64,000 bases of DNA from Candidatus Bathyarchaeota archaeon (GCA_963769425.1 CAVYLP010000006.1:896001-960000), one strand, 5' to 3'. Shown: positions 30,144-40,620, counted from the first letter of the stretch. Numbers and translations: made by a program. Notes: generated by a model from the sequence alone, not told the origin.

Positions 30144-31115
30144 ATGAGTGAAAAAGGTGTACTATCCCGGTTCTGGCTATGGGAACTTACACGCCCCGCC
30201 TTTGAGGACTGGCTCTCGAACGACTCCGCGCCGACTGTCATCATAGGCATCGGCGCCATCGAACAACACGCGGTTCACCTCCCACTTGGGTGCGATAGCA
30301 TCGGCGTCGCCCAGTTCATCCACGACGTGGCGGAGAAGACTAACAGCGTCTGCCTCCACCCAACTTGGGCAGGTTACAGCCCACACCACATGGAGTTCGC
30401 TGGTACAATCACGTATGGCCACGAGACGCTCCTCAACATCCTCCTCGACACAATCAGAAGCCTAGCATATCACGGTGTAAAGCGCTTCGTCTTAATCAAC
30501 TACCACGGCGGCAACGAGAACATAATGAACCTAGCCGCCCAGATAGCGAAGAGAGAGTACCGCGTCATGGTGGCGACCCCTCACGGACCAAACAACACAG
30601 AACTCTCCAAGAAGATCAGGGACCGGATGCAAAGGTACCTAGAGGTCCACAGCTGCGCCCGTGAGACAAGCTACGCCCTACACTACTTCCCCGAGCTGGT
30701 CGAGATGTGGCGCCTGGAGAACTGGGAGAACCCCACCATCATCCCCGACTATCTCCTTGAGTTCCTCAACCCCGACCGCCCAGACTACGAGATAGTCAGC
30801 CAGATATTCAACGCCAGCATCGGCCCCGACACAAACGACATCACCAAAACTGGTCAGTACAGCATCAACGACCCACGCGCCGCGACGAAGGAAGAGGGAG
30901 ACGCGATGGCTGCGGAGTCCACACAGTTCCTCATAGACTTCATAAACACGTGGAAGAAGCTGCCCACCCCACCCGCCTACCGCGACGAATGCGGCTGCGG
31001 CGATCCGAACTGCCACGAGGAGCACGGTGACGACTGCGACTGCGGGGGCGAGGGGCCATGCCACGACCACGAGGACGCCGAGGAGGGAGACGATCACGGA
31101 CACCATCATGCTTGA
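30144..31115 (+). CDS. Creatininase-family amidohydrolase with Cys/His/Asp-rich tail
   Basis: GAIEQHAVHLPLGCD, HGGN, HSCARETS; 42-aa metal-binding-like tail. Confidence 0.88.
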   Translation: MSEKGVLSRFWLWELTRPAFEDWLSNDSAPTVIIGIGAIEQHAVHLPLGCDSIGVAQFIHDVAEKTNSVCLHPTWAGYSPHHMEFAGTITYGHETLLNILLDTIRSLAYHGVKRFVLINYHGGNENIMNLAAQIAKREYRVMVATPHGPNNTELSKKIRDRMQRYLEVHSCARETSYALHYFPELVEMWRLENWENPTIIPDYLLEFLNPDRPDYEIVSQIFNASIGPDTNDITKTGQYSINDPRAATKEEGDAMAAESTQFLIDFINTWKKLPTPPAYRDECGCGDPNCHEEHGDDCDCGGEGPCHDHEDAEEGDDHGHHHA

Positions 31116-31836
31116 GGAGCTAACCTGGCCCCTCGTCGAGAAGGCGCTGAAGGACGGGTACAAGACGATACTCGTCCCCGTGGGCTCCATAGAGCAGCAC
31201 GGTCACCACCTCCCCCTAGCCACCGACTCGCTTCTAGGTGAGGCCCTCTGCCGGCGCCTAGCCGAGAAGATGGGCAAGACCCTTGTTGCGCCGGTCATCA
31301 GGCCGGGTTGTAGCGTCCACCACATGGCATTCCCGGGGAGCCTCGACGTGAGCCCCGAGACACTGATGAGCGTGATAAGGGACGTCTGCTTCAGCCTCGA
31401 CCACCACGGCTTCGAGAACATCATCCTCATCCCCAGCCACGGCGGCAACTTCGCCCCGGTCGCCACGGTGACCCAGGAGATAGCGCCGAAGCTCAAGGCG
31501 AACCTCATAGCCATGGGGGACCTCATGGGCCTCATAGGCAAGATGCAAGAGGCAGCGGTCGAGATGGGGATACCCCGCGAGGCCGTCGGAGGCCACGCAT
31601 GCGCCGGGGAGACGAGCATCATCCTCGCTTACCGCCCCGATCTCGTCAGGATGAAGGACGCCAAACCCGGCTACATTGGACCCTTCACAAGCAAGTACCA
31701 GAGGAAGGGTTTCCGCGCAGTGACCCCAACCGGCGTCATGGGCGACCCCAGACCCTCCACAAAGGAGGCGGGGAAACTCATGATCGAGAAGATCACGGAC
31801 ATGTACCTCGCCGCCATAAGGCGGGAGCTGGAATAA
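31108..31836 (+). CDS. Creatininase-family amidohydrolase (second paralog)
   Basis: PVGSIEQHGHHLPLATD, SHGGN, HACAGETS, GVMGDP. Confidence 0.9.
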   Translation: MLEELTWPLVEKALKDGYKTILVPVGSIEQHGHHLPLATDSLLGEALCRRLAEKMGKTLVAPVIRPGCSVHHMAFPGSLDVSPETLMSVIRDVCFSLDHHGFENIILIPSHGGNFAPVATVTQEIAPKLKANLIAMGDLMGLIGKMQEAAVEMGIPREAVGGHACAGETSIILAYRPDLVRMKDAKPGYIGPFTSKYQRKGFRAVTPTGVMGDPRPSTKEAGKLMIEKITDMYLAAIRRELE

Positions 31837-31890
31837 TCCCGGACCCTCCAAGTAACCCCTAATAAGGCACACACAGCCCTAGGAACTGCC

Positions 31891-33189
31891 ATGGACTACA
31901 CGGAGGCCTCCAAATGGTATCTCGGCTTGGAACGACTCGGCTCCAAACCCGGCCTAGAGACCATATCTGCGCTTCTTGAACGCCTCGAGTCACCTCAAAA
32001 ACGGTTCAGATCGGTCCACGTCACCGGCACGAACGGTAAGGGCAGCACCTCAGCGATGATCGCAAGCATCCTCCGAGCCGCCGGCTTCAGGGTCGGCCTC
32101 TTCACCAGCCCCTACCTGAGCACCTGGAGGGAGAGCATCGTCATCGACGGCGAGAAGATCAGCCAGGATGACGCTACCGGCCTCATGGCGCAGATCAGGT
32201 TCGAGTGCGAGGAGACTGAGAAGGCGCCGGGCCTCCGCCACCCTACGCAGTTCGAGGTACTCACCGCCGCCGCCTTTCAACACTTCGCCGAGAGGGGGGT
32301 AGACTTCGCCGTCGTCGAGGTCGGCATGGGGGGACGACTCGACGCAACGAACGTCATCAGCCCCGAGGTCGCAGTCATCACAAACGTGAGCCTAGAACAC
32401 ACGGCTTGGCTGGGGGACACCGTCCTTAAGATAGCGAGGGAGAAGTCGGGCATCATAAAACCTGGTTGCTCAGTCGTCACCGCGACGACAAACGACGATG
32501 TCTACAACCTCCTCCGTGAGAGAAGCCGCGAGGAGGGCGCCACACTCACACGCGTAGGGACTGATGTCACATACGCGACCCAGCAGAGCGACATAGACGG
32601 GCAGACCTTCCGCGTCGAGGGCAAGCTCGCGACATACAACCTCTCAACAAGGCTCCTGGGTGAGTACCAAGTGGTTAACGGGGCGACTGCGGTCGCCGTG
32701 GCCGAGGCTCTCGTCGGCCGGGGATTCAAGCTATCCCGGCGAGCCATAATCGAGGGGATCAGAGACACAACTTGGCCGGGGAGGCTCGAGGTCGTCCAGA
32801 AGAACCCCCTCGTTCTGCTCGACGGCGCGAAGGACGCCGAGGCGGCGAAATCCCTGCGTCGCTCCCTGAGCGTAATCCCCCGTAGGCGACTAATCGCGGT
32901 GATCGCGATCAGCGGCGACAAGGACATCCCAACGATGGTCCGGGAGATATGTGGGGCAGCCTATTACGTCATAGCGACGATCCACCGCGTAAAGTCGAGG
33001 ACAGCCGATCCAAGCGTAATAGTCGCGGAGGCCACCAAACTCGGGAAGCCCTCCGAGACCCAGCCAAACGTCGCATCTGCAATAAGGAGAGCACTGGAGA
33101 TGGCCGAGCCTGAGGACGCCATCCTCATCGCGGGCTCCGTCTTCCTCGTCGGCGAGGCCCGTGAACTCTGGTACCCACCAGAACCTTAG
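31891..33189 (+). CDS. folC: Folylpolyglutamate/dihydrofolate synthase
   Basis: HVTGTNGKGS, EVGMGGRLDATN, WPGRLE, GSVFLVGE. Confidence 0.93.
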   Translation: MDYTEASKWYLGLERLGSKPGLETISALLERLESPQKRFRSVHVTGTNGKGSTSAMIASILRAAGFRVGLFTSPYLSTWRESIVIDGEKISQDDATGLMAQIRFECEETEKAPGLRHPTQFEVLTAAAFQHFAERGVDFAVVEVGMGGRLDATNVISPEVAVITNVSLEHTAWLGDTVLKIAREKSGIIKPGCSVVTATTNDDVYNLLRERSREEGATLTRVGTDVTYATQQSDIDGQTFRVEGKLATYNLSTRLLGEYQVVNGATAVAVAEALVGRGFKLSRRAIIEGIRDTTWPGRLEVVQKNPLVLLDGAKDAEAAKSLRRSLSVIPRRRLIAVIAISGDKDIPTMVREICGAAYYVIATIHRVKSRTADPSVIVAEATKLGKPSETQPNVASAIRRALEMAEPEDAILIAGSVFLVGEARELWYPPEP

Positions 33190-33267
33190 AAGATAAAAAC
33201 TTAGGCAAGAAACGATTTTACTTGAATAATTCCACCTCAGGATGCATCTATCCTATGTTCGCTGGGT

Positions 33268-33963
33268 TTATTGGTCCTTAACCCAGGGGTAGAAGCGGCG
33301 CACGGCCATGATAAGGGGCGTGCCGACGAGCGTCGAGATCGCTATGATTACAGACCTCTCCACTATCACCACTGGGAGCACGGCTAGGAATAGAAGCGGG
33401 CCGGGGCCGAAGAGGGTGAGGAAGAGCAGGTCGCCGAGGAGGTGCCCCGTCATCGTCCCAACGAGACTCACCACGAGGACCCCGATGACGAGCTTCCCCC
33501 TCTCATCTGAGTTCACTAGCTCGGCGGTCTTCCCCCTGAAGACGAGGGCAACTCCTAAGGCCACAATGTGAGGCACGACGGTGATCGCAGCGGCCCTACC
33601 CGTATCCGTCGCGAACCATCCGATGAGCAACACCGCCAGGGGGAGCGAGCCAAGGATCCAACCGGGAACCCCGAAGACCCTCCTCCTGCCAAGGCAAGCA
33701 GCCGAGAAAGCCGCAACCGGGGCAAGGGGCGTGAAGAGAAGCCCGGAACCCCCGCTCGCCATCGCGTTACCTATGATCGCCCCGAGGAAAGCCGCTACGG
33801 GCCCAAAGAACGGTCCGAGGATGAGTCCGTAACTCATCTCCAGACCCCGAACCAAATCGATCTTTGAGTCGGGGACACCGATCACGGGGAAGCCCGGAAG
33901 AAAACTGCCCGCAGCGTAGAGGGCGGCGAAGACGGTCACGAGGGCGAGGATCCGTGTACGCAA
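33268..33963 (-). CDS. ECF transporter S-component-like membrane protein
   Basis: About 6 TM; FAALY, GLILGPFFGPVAAFLG. Confidence 0.65.
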   Translation of the reverse strand: MRTRILALVTVFAALYAAGSFLPGFPVIGVPDSKIDLVRGLEMSYGLILGPFFGPVAAFLGAIIGNAMASGGSGLLFTPLAPVAAFSAACLGRRRVFGVPGWILGSLPLAVLLIGWFATDTGRAAAITVVPHIVALGVALVFRGKTAELVNSDERGKLVIGVLVVSLVGTMTGHLLGDLLFLTLFGPGPLLFLAVLPVVIVERSVIIAISTLVGTPLIMAVRRFYPWVKDQ

Positions 33964-34109
33964 GGATAGGACACCTCATCTCCGAAGTGTCCAATAATTT
34001 AAGGTTTTAAATCTGAGAGGACGGAGGTGCCCCCTTTCTCTCCACTCCTCGGCCTCGCCTCAAAAATAAGCGCTAGGTACCTGGCGTATAAAACGAGTAA
34101 CCCTTACTC

Positions 34110-35384
34110 CTAAAGATCGGAGTCTGCCTTCTTCGCCTTCGATGGCGTGATGACCTTCTGCTCCTGCTTCTCCAACTCGGACTCCTGCATCGCGTGCTTC
34201 AGGTTCCAAGCCGTGACGCTGGGGAGGCCCCAGAGGGCGATGAAGCCGAGGGCGTCACCCTGGTCGTACTTCGTGTTGATGTCGAAGCTCGTCAGGTTGT
34301 AGTCGTAGAGGCTGAACTCGCTGTTCCTCTTCACAGGCTTGGCGGTCCCCTTGTGAAGCTTCATCGTCACCCAGCCCGTCACCTTCTCCTGCGAGCTGTT
34401 GATAAATGCCCCTAGGTCATTCATGAGTGGGTCGACCCAGAGCCCCTGGTAGGCGAGTACCGTCCACTTGTGGTCGATTTCCCTCTTGGTGAGCATCTGG
34501 TGAATGGTGAGCACCATCTTCTCCAGATCCTTGTGGGCAGTGAGGATTATCTCGGCGGCTGGGCACTCATACGTCTCCCTACTCTTCAGGCCGACGGTGC
34601 GGTCCTCCATGTGCTCGATGCGCCCGACGCCGTGCTTGCCACCCTTCTCGTTCAGCTTCTGGAGGATGCTGACGGGGTCCATCTCGACGGCGTCGATGCT
34701 CACCGGGACACCCTTCTCGAAGCCGATTGTGACGAACTCGGGCTCGTCGGGTGTGTCCTTGATCTCCTTCGTCCACTCCCAGACCTCCTTCGGCACCATC
34801 TTGTCGGGGTACTCGAGTACGCCGCCCTCGATGCTCCTGCCCCAGAGGTTCTGGTCGACGCTGTAGGGGCTGTCAACTGTCACCGGCACCGGTATGCCGT
34901 GCTCCTTCGCGTAGACAATCTCCCCGTGGCGGTCGAACTTCCACTCGCGGACCGGAGCGATGATCTTCGTCTTCGGGCTCAGCGCCTTTATGGTGACGTC
35001 GAATCTGATCTGGTCGTTGCCCTTGCCGGTGCAGCCGTGGGCGACGGCGTAGGCGTCCTCCATCTCCGCGACCTCCACCATCTTCTTCGCGATAAGGGGG
35101 CGACTGATGCTGCTGCTGATCGGGTAGCTGTCCATGTAGAGGGCGTTCGCCTTTATCGCGGGGAAGACATACTCCTGCGCGAACTCCTTCTTCACGTCCA
35201 TCGTGTATGCGTTCACGACGCCGAGGCTCCACGCCTTCTCCTCGATCTTCTTCATGTCCTCCTCCTGACCCACGTCAAGGGTGAGGCTGACGACGTCGCT
35301 CTTGTACTGTTCCTGAAGCCATTTGAGCATGACCGATGTGTCTAGGCCGCCGCTGTAGGCGAGCACGATCTTCTTCTTTGCCAT
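34110..35384 (-). CDS. argG: Argininosuccinate synthase
   Basis: LAYSGGLDTS, AHGCTGKGNDQIRF, YSVDQNLWGRS, KSRETYECP. Confidence 0.97.
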   Translation of the reverse strand: MAKKKIVLAYSGGLDTSVMLKWLQEQYKSDVVSLTLDVGQEEDMKKIEEKAWSLGVVNAYTMDVKKEFAQEYVFPAIKANALYMDSYPISSSISRPLIAKKMVEVAEMEDAYAVAHGCTGKGNDQIRFDVTIKALSPKTKIIAPVREWKFDRHGEIVYAKEHGIPVPVTVDSPYSVDQNLWGRSIEGGVLEYPDKMVPKEVWEWTKEIKDTPDEPEFVTIGFEKGVPVSIDAVEMDPVSILQKLNEKGGKHGVGRIEHMEDRTVGLKSRETYECPAAEIILTAHKDLEKMVLTIHQMLTKREIDHKWTVLAYQGLWVDPLMNDLGAFINSSQEKVTGWVTMKLHKGTAKPVKRNSEFSLYDYNLTSFDINTKYDQGDALGFIALWGLPSVTAWNLKHAMQESELEKQEQKVITPSKAKKADSDL

Positions 35385-35484
35385 ACGGGTTCCTCTATGA
35401 GATAGCCGTATGAGACTGAGGCGGCAATTTATACATTACGACATATTTGCTTTAAAAGAAGGTATATTTGTTCTATTTAGAACA

Positions 35485-35937
35485 TCACGCTTGTGGCGTC
35501 TCATTCGGCACAGGCGCTGGTTTGGGCTCTTCGGTTCTCTTAAGCCCCGCGATCCTCTCCCTCTCGATTCTCGCTCTCATGAACATGGCTCCAACTACGG
35601 CGCCTATCAAGAGGCTCAACAGGGCATAGATGTCAGTCAGCGTGGCTTCGACGACGATGTTGTATATGAACTCGAAGATATATGCGAGAACGGCAGTGAG
35701 TGTGCCCGTCATTATGTAATCCCTACGTCTAACTCTCGCAACAAGGTACCCTCCGAGGAATCCCCCGCCGATATGCGCAGCAAGATAGACATCCATCACC
35801 ATCGTGTACACGGATTCCCTATCGGCCGGGGCGAGCCCGCCGTACATGAGTTGCAGTATCTGAGAGACTAGGAGGACGGTGCCGAATGCCAGGGCCGCCC
35901 CCGCGAGGTAGTTCCTGAAGTCACGCTCGCTTTTCAA
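35485..35937 (-). CDS. Hypothetical 4-TM membrane protein
   Basis: Hydrophobic helices, GGFLGGYLVAR. Confidence 0.7.
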   Translation of the reverse strand: MKSERDFRNYLAGAALAFGTVLLVSQILQLMYGGLAPADRESVYTMVMDVYLAAHIGGGFLGGYLVARVRRRDYIMTGTLTAVLAYIFEFIYNIVVEATLTDIYALLSLLIGAVVGAMFMRARIERERIAGLKRTEEPKPAPVPNETPQA

Positions 35938-36036
35938 GACGCTTCACCTCTTTAGGGTGGCGCTCCGATATTTAACCCTCCACGGGGTGGGCGTCAAGTT
36001 CTTATCCCCTCTACCCGATCTGCTTCTGGACCCAAA

Positions 36037-36435
36037 ATGGCGTTGGCTGATAGGACCCCCAAGCTCTTAGACTACTTCGCAGGCGCGCTTCTTACAAACG
36101 GCCTAGCGAGCATGGTTATCTATCTAGCGCTATTCGAACCTTTCTTCCAATACCTTCTGATTCCTCTCTGGTGCCTCTCCGCAGGCATCGCCACGTATCT
36201 TGTCTGCATGAGAACTTCAAAGCAGCACCTAATAACAGGGGCGAAGACCGTCGTGATCTCCATAGTCATAGGCGTCTTCATGATCCCAACGCTAGAGGGT
36301 CTTGAGCTCGGTAGCCTTATTCTTATTATCGTTTGTTTCATCATCGGGGGTATCGGAGGTGCGTACTACGCCCTCCGCGAGCAGCTGAAGAGGAAGAAGC
36401 AGTCCGCCGTACCTCCGCCGACGGTTGAGCCTTAA
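36037..36435 (+). CDS. Hypothetical 4-TM membrane protein
   Basis: Hydrophobic helices, IGGIGGAY; similar layout to the divergent neighbour. Confidence 0.7.
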   Translation: MALADRTPKLLDYFAGALLTNGLASMVIYLALFEPFFQYLLIPLWCLSAGIATYLVCMRTSKQHLITGAKTVVISIVIGVFMIPTLEGLELGSLILIIVCFIIGGIGGAYYALREQLKRKKQSAVPPPTVEP

Positions 36436-36476
36436 CCTTAAATCACCTCTTCACCGCTTACCAATCGGCGAAGGAC

Positions 36477-36893
36477 TTGTACTACGACGTCGAGGTGACC
36501 CCTAAGGATGAGGAGGAGTTCATCGAGAAGGTAGCCCAGAAGATCCACGAGTACGAGATGGAGACCGTAGCCATCCTCCTGCTTGAGAGTAGTAAGCCAC
36601 TCGTTTGGGTCGGCGGGGAGATGGGCCGCTTCTTCATCAGCCCATTCGTGCCAATACTCAGCGAGGATTGGGGCGTCACCAGCGAGAAGTTCTTCCTCAT
36701 ATTCGAGAAGAGGGAGAACGTCGACAAGCTCCTAAAACGCCTCGAAGAACTTGCCCAAGCGGATGAAGCTAAGAGCAAGGAGGAGAAAAGGGCGGCAAAG
36801 GAAAAGAAGGAGGCGGAGAAGGCCGCCGAGGCCGATGGCGGCGAGCAGCCTCATGCAGAGAAGACTGGCCTGCGAAAGCGCCTCCACATCTAG
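36477..36893 (+). CDS. Conserved-looking hypothetical helical protein upstream of GlmL-like gene
   Basis: IEKVAQKI..AILLLESSKPL..SPFV..EKRENVDKLLKRLEEL. Confidence 0.75.
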   Translation: MYYDVEVTPKDEEEFIEKVAQKIHEYEMETVAILLLESSKPLVWVGGEMGRFFISPFVPILSEDWGVTSEKFFLIFEKRENVDKLLKRLEELAQADEAKSKEEKRAAKEKKEAEKAAEADGGEQPHAEKTGLRKRLHI

Positions 36894-36952
36894 ACACCTT
36901 TCCCTTTCAGAAACCTTTAATGCTGATGTATCCACAAGTTTTGAGATTCGCG

Positions 36953-38791
36953 ATGCCTACCCTCAAGAAACCCATCGAGGATATGCAGTACATTCTCGCA
37001 ACGGATGTCGGCAGCACCACGACGAAGGCCCGCTTCTTCCGCAAGGTAGACGGCGTGTGGCGCTTCTACGTCGCCGGCGAGGCACCCACCACCGTCGAGG
37101 CCCCCTACGAGGACGTCACACTCGGCGTACAGAACGCCGTGCGCGAGGTCGAGGAGCTAACCGGGCACAAGCTCCTGAACCCGGACGGGAGCGGCCTCAT
37201 CCTGCCCTACGATGGCAAACAGGGCGTCGACCTCTACTGCACGACGAGCAGCGCGGGTGGTGGCCTGCAGATGATGGTCGCCGGCCTCATCAAGAACATG
37301 ACCGCCGAGTCGGCGAACCGGGCAGCCCTCGGCGCTGGCGCCATAGTCATGGATGTCATCGCCCGAGACGACGGTAGGCAGCCCTACCAGAAGATACAGC
37401 GCATCAGGAACCTGCGCCCCGACATGATCCTCTTCGCGGGGGGCACCGACGGCGGAGCGGGGCAGCATGTCATGGAGATAGCGGAGCTGATCAAGGCGGC
37501 GGAGCCCAAGCCACGCCTCGGCGCGAGCTACTCCCTGCCCATCGTATACGCTGGCAACAAGACCCTCAGGGAGGACATATCCAAGCTCTTCAAGGGCGAG
37601 TTCGCGCTCACCTGCGTTGACAACATCAGGCCGACCCTCGAGGTCGAGAACACCGAGCCCGCGAGGCGCGCTGTACACGAGCTATTCATGGAGCACGTCA
37701 TGAGCCACGCCCCCGGCTACAACCGGCTTATGAACTGGACTGACATCCCCATCATGCCGACACCCGCCGGCGAGGGCATGGCTATGCAGCTAATCGCCGA
37801 AACCTTCAAGATCAACGTCCTCGGCGTCGGCCTCGGCGGAGCCACGACGAACGTCTACAGTGTCGTCGATGGGCGCTTCGTCCGAAGCGTTTCCGCCAAC
37901 CTCGGCATGAGCTACAGCGTCACCAACGTCATGAAGGAGGCGGGCATCCCCAACATCATGAGGTGGATGCCCTTCAAGATCGAGGAGGAGGAGGTCGCCA
38001 GCCGCCTGATGAATAAGATGATCAGGCCAACCACGATCCCCCAGACTCTTGAGGACCTCATAGTGGAGCACGCCGTGGCACGCGAGGCGCTGAGGCTCGG
38101 CCTCCAGCACCACCGCACGATCGCGACGCGCCTCAAGGGCGTCCAGACCCAGCGCACAATCAGCGACATGTTCGAGCAGGCCATCGAAGACAGCTACGTC
38201 AAGATGATGACCATCGACGTCATCGCGGGCACAGGCGGGCTACTCAGCCACGCCCCCCGCCGAGTACAGTCCATGCTCATACTCAGCGACGCATGGCTCC
38301 CAGAGGGAATCACAAGGATGTTCCAGGACTCCGTCTTCATGATGCCCCACCTTGGCGTCACGAGCACGGTCTACCGCGACGCCGCTTGGAGCATCTTCGA
38401 CAAGGACTGCCTCGTCAGGATAGGTACCAGCATCGCCGCCGCCGGCACTGGGAAGCTCGGCGACCACTGCATGACCGTAGAGCTGACGATGTCCGACGGC
38501 AAGGTCCAGAAGGAAGAGATGAACTTCGGTGACATCAGGCTGGTGCCCCTCGCGGAGGGGGTAGAGGCGAAGGCGGTCATCCACCCCGCAAAGGCATTCG
38601 ACGTAGGGGAGGGGCCGGGCAAGTCGAAGGAGGCTACAGTCATCGGAGGCGTCGCCGGTATATTGCTCGACGCCCGCGGTCGTCCGCTATACCTACCCGA
38701 AGACAACGCTCAGAGGATGAACCTGCTATACAAGTGGTTCACATCCCTCAAGATGTACCCCGAGGACCCCCTCAAGGAGCTGGTGAAGTAA
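36953..38791 (+). CDS. GlmL/MutL-type (glutamate mutase L family) ASKHA ATPase-like protein
   Basis: TDVGSTTTKA, SSAGGGL, GGTDGG, DNIRP, MPTP, GLGGATTNVYS, GTGGLLSH. Confidence 0.88.
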   Translation: MPTLKKPIEDMQYILATDVGSTTTKARFFRKVDGVWRFYVAGEAPTTVEAPYEDVTLGVQNAVREVEELTGHKLLNPDGSGLILPYDGKQGVDLYCTTSSAGGGLQMMVAGLIKNMTAESANRAALGAGAIVMDVIARDDGRQPYQKIQRIRNLRPDMILFAGGTDGGAGQHVMEIAELIKAAEPKPRLGASYSLPIVYAGNKTLREDISKLFKGEFALTCVDNIRPTLEVENTEPARRAVHELFMEHVMSHAPGYNRLMNWTDIPIMPTPAGEGMAMQLIAETFKINVLGVGLGGATTNVYSVVDGRFVRSVSANLGMSYSVTNVMKEAGIPNIMRWMPFKIEEEEVASRLMNKMIRPTTIPQTLEDLIVEHAVAREALRLGLQHHRTIATRLKGVQTQRTISDMFEQAIEDSYVKMMTIDVIAGTGGLLSHAPRRVQSMLILSDAWLPEGITRMFQDSVFMMPHLGVTSTVYRDAAWSIFDKDCLVRIGTSIAAAGTGKLGDHCMTVELTMSDGKVQKEEMNFGDIRLVPLAEGVEAKAVIHPAKAFDVGEGPGKSKEATVIGGVAGILLDARGRPLYLPEDNAQRMNLLYKWFTSLKMYPEDPLKELVK

Positions 38792-39973
38792 ATGTCAACA
38801 AGGAAACACGAAGCCCCGAAGCACGAGAAGAAGAAGGACGACAAGGAGAGCGGGGAGGCGCACGCCTACACGCCGGGCCTAAAGGTCAAGCGCTCCATGA
38901 CCATTGAGAAGCTGCGCAGACTACCCATTCCCGGTGAGGTCCTCCACAAAGTGGGGGACACAGTCAACTTCGACGCGAAGGTCGCCCGCACAGAGATCAG
39001 CGGTGAGCCGGAGATAGTGAAGGTGGCGATGACCCTAGGGATCGAGCCCGAGGATCTCCCCCGCTTCATGCTGAAGAAGACCGGGGACAAGGTGAAGGAG
39101 GGGGAGAGCATCGCCTTCTACTCTTCTCTCTTCGGCCTCTTGAAGAAGAGCGTCACGAGCCCGAGGGACGGGGTGATTGAGTCGATCTCGGAGGTGACTG
39201 GACAGGCGATCATAAGGGGGTCGCCCATCCCGGTTGAGGTCGATGCCTACTTGCCGGGTAAGATAGTCAACGTTATCCCTCGCGAGGGGGCCGTGGTTCA
39301 GACGCACGGCGCATTCATACAGGGAATCTTCGGCATCGGCGGCGAGACCCACGGCGAGATCAAGGTGGTCGTCGGGGAGAACTCGGACGAGATAACGTCG
39401 GAGAAGATAGACCCAGACTGCAAGGGGAAGGTCCTCATAGGAGGCTCCCTAGTTACTCTCGAGGCAATGAAGAAGGCGGCCCAGGTCGGCGCCGCAGCCC
39501 TCGTCGTTGGCGGCGTCCGCCACCAGGACTTGACCACATTCACAGGCCAGGAGATAGGCGTGGCGATCACAGGGCAGGAAGAGGTCGGCCTCACCCTCAT
39601 CATCACTGAGGGGTTCGGCAGGATGAACATGAACGCTGCCACCTTCAAGCTTCTCAAGAACTTCGAGGGCCGCCTCGCCTGCGTCAACGGCGCCACACAG
39701 ATCAGGGCGGGCGTCCTGAGGCCCGAGATAATCATCCCCCACGAGGAAACGGTAGAGGAGAAGGGCGACACCTTCGCGCTTGGCATGGTCCCCGGGACAC
39801 CCGTGAGGATCATCCGTCAGCCATACTTTGGGGCCATCGGCGTAGTGGACCATCTCCCGGTGGAGCTGCAGGCGATGGAGTCCGAGAGTATGGTTCGTGT
39901 CCTAATGGTGAAGTTAAGCGACGGCACGATAGCGACCGTCCCGAGGGCCAACGTAGAGATAATCGAGGAGTAA
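38792..39973 (+). CDS. Hypothetical GlmL-coupled protein (barrel-sandwich-hybrid-like repeats, C-terminal KOW-like)
   Basis: Starts immediately after the GlmL stop; KTGDKVKEGESIA..SPRDGVIESI; GTPVRIIRQPYFGAIGVV. Confidence 0.8.
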   Translation: MSTRKHEAPKHEKKKDDKESGEAHAYTPGLKVKRSMTIEKLRRLPIPGEVLHKVGDTVNFDAKVARTEISGEPEIVKVAMTLGIEPEDLPRFMLKKTGDKVKEGESIAFYSSLFGLLKKSVTSPRDGVIESISEVTGQAIIRGSPIPVEVDAYLPGKIVNVIPREGAVVQTHGAFIQGIFGIGGETHGEIKVVVGENSDEITSEKIDPDCKGKVLIGGSLVTLEAMKKAAQVGAAALVVGGVRHQDLTTFTGQEIGVAITGQEEVGLTLIITEGFGRMNMNAATFKLLKNFEGRLACVNGATQIRAGVLRPEIIIPHEETVEEKGDTFALGMVPGTPVRIIRQPYFGAIGVVDHLPVELQAMESESMVRVLMVKLSDGTIATVPRANVEIIEE

Positions 39974-40047
39974 GGCTCCTTGCAACCGTTGCTTTCCCGC
40001 TTCTATTTTTGGGAAAGTAATTAATCTCCATCGCCGAAGTTAGGGCC

Positions 40048-40620
40048 ATGAAGAAGTCACTTGGAGCCGGGACATTCGCGCTACCCTCGCCCGTCTGGGT
40101 CGTGGGCACATACGACGCCGCCGGGAAACCAAACCTCATGACCGCTGCCTGGGGCGGGATATGCAACTCACGCCCACCTTCGATCTACGTCAGCCTTCGC
40201 AAGGCTACCTATAGTCACGGGAACATTATGGCGACGGAGGGCCTACACTGTCAGCATTCCCTCGGAGAAGTATGTGAGGGAGGCGGACTGGATAGGGATC
40301 GCCACGGGCCGCGAGCGGATAAGTTCGCGACCGCCAAGCTCACCCCCGTCAAGGGATCGGCCGTCGACGCGCCCTACGTGGACGAGTTTCCAGTCGTGCT
40401 CGAATGCCGCGTCAAGGAGGTCTTCGAACTTGGCCTCCACACCCAGTTCGTCGGTGAGATAATGGACGTAAAGGCCGAGGAGAGTGTCCTCAACGCGAAG
40501 GGAGCGATAGACATCGAGAAGGTGAAGCCCATAATCTTCACCGCTAGCGCCGGCACCTACCACGGTGTAGGTAAGAAGCTGCAGGACGCCTTCACGACCC
40601 GGGAGATGAAGAAGGGCTCA
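40048..40620 (+). CDS. Flavin reductase-like (flavoredoxin) protein, compensating frameshifts
   Basis: PNLMTAAWGG, APYVDEFPVVLEC, HTQFVGEI; middle part (VSIPSEKYVREADWIGI) in another frame; 3' end uncertain. Confidence 0.82.

Noticed and set aside
33966-33995. Fluoride or other riboswitch upstream of ECF S component
   Set aside because: GGAGATG and a short GGACAC/GTGTCC hairpin are present, but the remaining consensus elements are missing.
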